64,000 nt of DNA. Source: Curvularia clavata (lineage: Eukaryota). Positions 61,886 through 64,000 of the stretch are shown piece after piece. The notes under the pieces are model-generated. The model worked only from the letters and a program-made list of their open reading frames with translations. It made no database searches and was not told where the DNA came from. The position numbers and the translations under genes are program-made. The stretch is taken from contig CP089279.1 of the NCBI GenBank assembly GCA_023920165.1, positions 992,001 through 1,056,000 of the forward strand, read 5' to 3'. How positions within the stretch are numbered: position 1 is the first letter of the stretch; each line of letters starts with the position of its first letter.

Positions 61886-63917
61886 ATGTTTCGCCTCTCT
61901 TCTGCGCTGCAACATACACGGAAAACCCTTTCGTCGGCCAAGCGCACACCACGAAACCTGTCCCACACATCTTTGCGCTTAAATCAAATCATGGCGCATA
62001 TAGACGGTGCACCGGCGGACGGTGACTCATCCAGCAAGCTTCATACACTGCAGTCTCTCCCTAAGTCTAACGTATTCACCACGAATCTTCCCGCGGATAC
62101 CGAGTTCCCCACGCCCAAAGATTCACACAATGCGCCCCGCGAGAAGCTAGGGCCCCGCATGGTGAAGGGAGCATTGTATACCTACGTGCGTCCAGACCCT
62201 CAGGGAGAGGCCGAGTTGCTGGCAGTCAGTAAACGTGCGCTACAAGACATTGGTTTGAAGGAAGACGAGGCCGAGACCGAAGAGTTCAAAGACGTTGTAT
62301 CAGGTAGAAAGATCTTGACATGGGATGAGAAGAATCCGGAAGAGGGCATATATCCATGGGCGCAGTGCTATGGTGGATATCAGTTTGGACAGTGGGCTGG
62401 CCAGCTGGGTGACGGACGTGCCATTTCGCTGTTCGAATCTACGAATCCTACGACGGGTACACGATACGAGATTCAGCTTAAAGGTGCTGGCCGAACACCG
62501 TACTCGCGTTTCGCTGATGGGCGAGCTGTTCTACGCTCTTCCATCCGAGAGTTCGTCGTTTCTGAGTATCTGAATGCGATTGGCATTCCGAGTACACGGG
62601 CGCTATCTCTGGTCCTGAATGACGGAAGCAGAATTATGCGTGAACGAATCGAGCCTGGGGCGATTGTTGCGCGTTTTGCGCAGAGCTGGATTCGTTTTGG
62701 AACTTTTGATCTGCAGCGCATTCGTGGAGATCGCAAAACATTGCGTATATTGGCAGACTACACGGCAGAGCATGTGTATGGTGGCTGGGACAAGCTGCCG
62801 TCAAAACTCCCTTCAGGCGAGGCCAAAGATGTGCATTCCCAGACTCATGACGGCATTTTAAAGGATACAGTCGAAGGCGAAGGCGAAACAGCAGAGAATC
62901 GCTACGTCCGACTGTACCGTGCCATCCTCCGCCGCAACGCCGAGACTGTTGCCAAATGGCAAGCATATGGCTTCATGAACGGCGTTCTCAACACAGACAA
63001 CACATCGATTCTTGGTCTCTCAATCGACTTTGGCCCCTTTGCTTTCCTTGATACTTTTGATCCCACGTACACGCCCAATCACGATGATCATATGCTCCGC
63101 TACAGCTACCGCAACCAGCCTACCATCATCTGGTGGAACCTCGTCCGGCTCGGCGAGGCCCTTGGCGAACTCATGGGCGCAGGAAGCCATGTCGACAACG
63201 AAACATTTGTAGAAAAGGGAGTAACGGAAGAACAGGCACCAGAACTGGTCAAATGCGCCGAATCAGCCATCGATCGCGCCGGCGAGGAATACAAAGCTGT
63301 TTTCCTCGCTGAGTACCGTCGCCTCATGACCCTGCGCCTTGGACTCAAAACACAGAAGGAATCAGACTTTGATGTCCTCATGTCTGAACTGCTAGATTGT
63401 CTCGAGGCGTACGAGCTAGATTTCCACCATGCGTTTAGAAGACTGGGTGACGTACAACTGTCTGACGTCGACACCCAAGAAAAGAGGATAGATACTGCCG
63501 GACGCTTTTTCCGCCGCGATGCGGCGCCTAGACGCGAAAGTGAAGGTAGAGAGCGAATTTCAAAATGGCTTGATAAATGGGCGGAGCGTGTCAGGGAAGA
63601 CTGGGGTGAAGGAAAGGACGCTGAAAGAAGAGAAGCTATGAATGCTGTCAATCCAAACGTATGTTGTCCCTCCAGTACCTGATGCTTTTTGATTGATCAA
63701 CTAACGGAAAAAATAGTTCGTCCCCCGTTCCTGGATCCTCGACGAACTTATCGACCGTGTTGAAAAGAAGAGAGAACGTGATATCCTGCCGCAAGTGATG
63801 AACTTGGCGCTGGATCCCTTCCGTGAAAACTGGCAATGGAATGCAGATGAGGAAGAGAGGTTCTGCGGCGACGTACCGAAGTATAAGGGCATGATGCAAT
63901 GTAGTTGTAGTTCTTAG
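61886..63917 (+). CDS. FMP40: Mitochondrial protein adenylyltransferase SelO (YdiU/UPF0061)
   Basis: YGGYQFGQWAGQLGDGRA, QLKGAGRTPYSRFADGRAVLRSSIRE and GFMNGVLNTDN..SIDFGPF. Intron 63659-63716; C-terminus QCSCSS*. Confidence 0.93.
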
Positions 63918-64000
63918 ACATCGATAGGCCTCTTAGAAGAGTAGCAGGTCTTCGTGTTGACACGAAAAAGAAGATGAATAAGAAAAAACGTTGATTTGCC

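Noticed and set aside
63891..63917. Selenocysteine in SelO
   Set aside because: The C-terminus is CSCSS encoded by TGT codons and ends in TAG; there is no in-frame TGA
1..64000. CRISPR arrays, rRNA, tRNA, PKS/NRPS backbone genes or a Starship captain recombinase
   Set aside because: None recognisable in this window; a tRNA could be missed without a covariance-model search

Overview
This is intron-containing genomic DNA from a filamentous ascomycete (GT..CTRAY..YAG introns of about 50-260 nt, Zn2Cys6 regulators). A Dothideomycete/Pleosporales origin is my inference only. About 30 protein-coding loci can be supported. Core genes: Y-family DNA polymerase, sphingosine-1-phosphate lyase, MRPL16, RFC1, a DUF4050 protein, a PFF1-like M28 peptidase, an acyl-CoA-binding protein, a WD40 protein and SelO. 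Accessory genes: a lactonase/sugar-porter pair, a DHA2 pump/Zn2Cys6 pair, MFS transporters, a GPI-anchored protein and a SRPBCC protein. Four things stand out. (1) A compact sulfide-oxidation module in which a persulfide dioxygenase and a sulfide:quinone oxidoreductase are divergently transcribed next to a Zn2Cys6 factor (39874-44754). (2) Three paralogous small secreted 10-cysteine peptides sharing one intron position (49233-52466), which the ORF track does not resolve. (3) An intact 1464-bp Tc1/IS630-type DD34E transposon with perfect 52-bp TIRs, flanked by a 5-bp TTCGG duplication instead of TA and inserted at a 12-bp palindrome in a bidirectional promoter (60259-61722). (4) A tandem pair of PD-(D/E)XK-like nuclease-fold genes, one a pseudogene. 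Also present are a 6-nt micro-exon carrying a catalytic Asp of the polymerase and a hidden 68-aa spliced gene. All family calls come from motif recognition by eye; no database searches were run.
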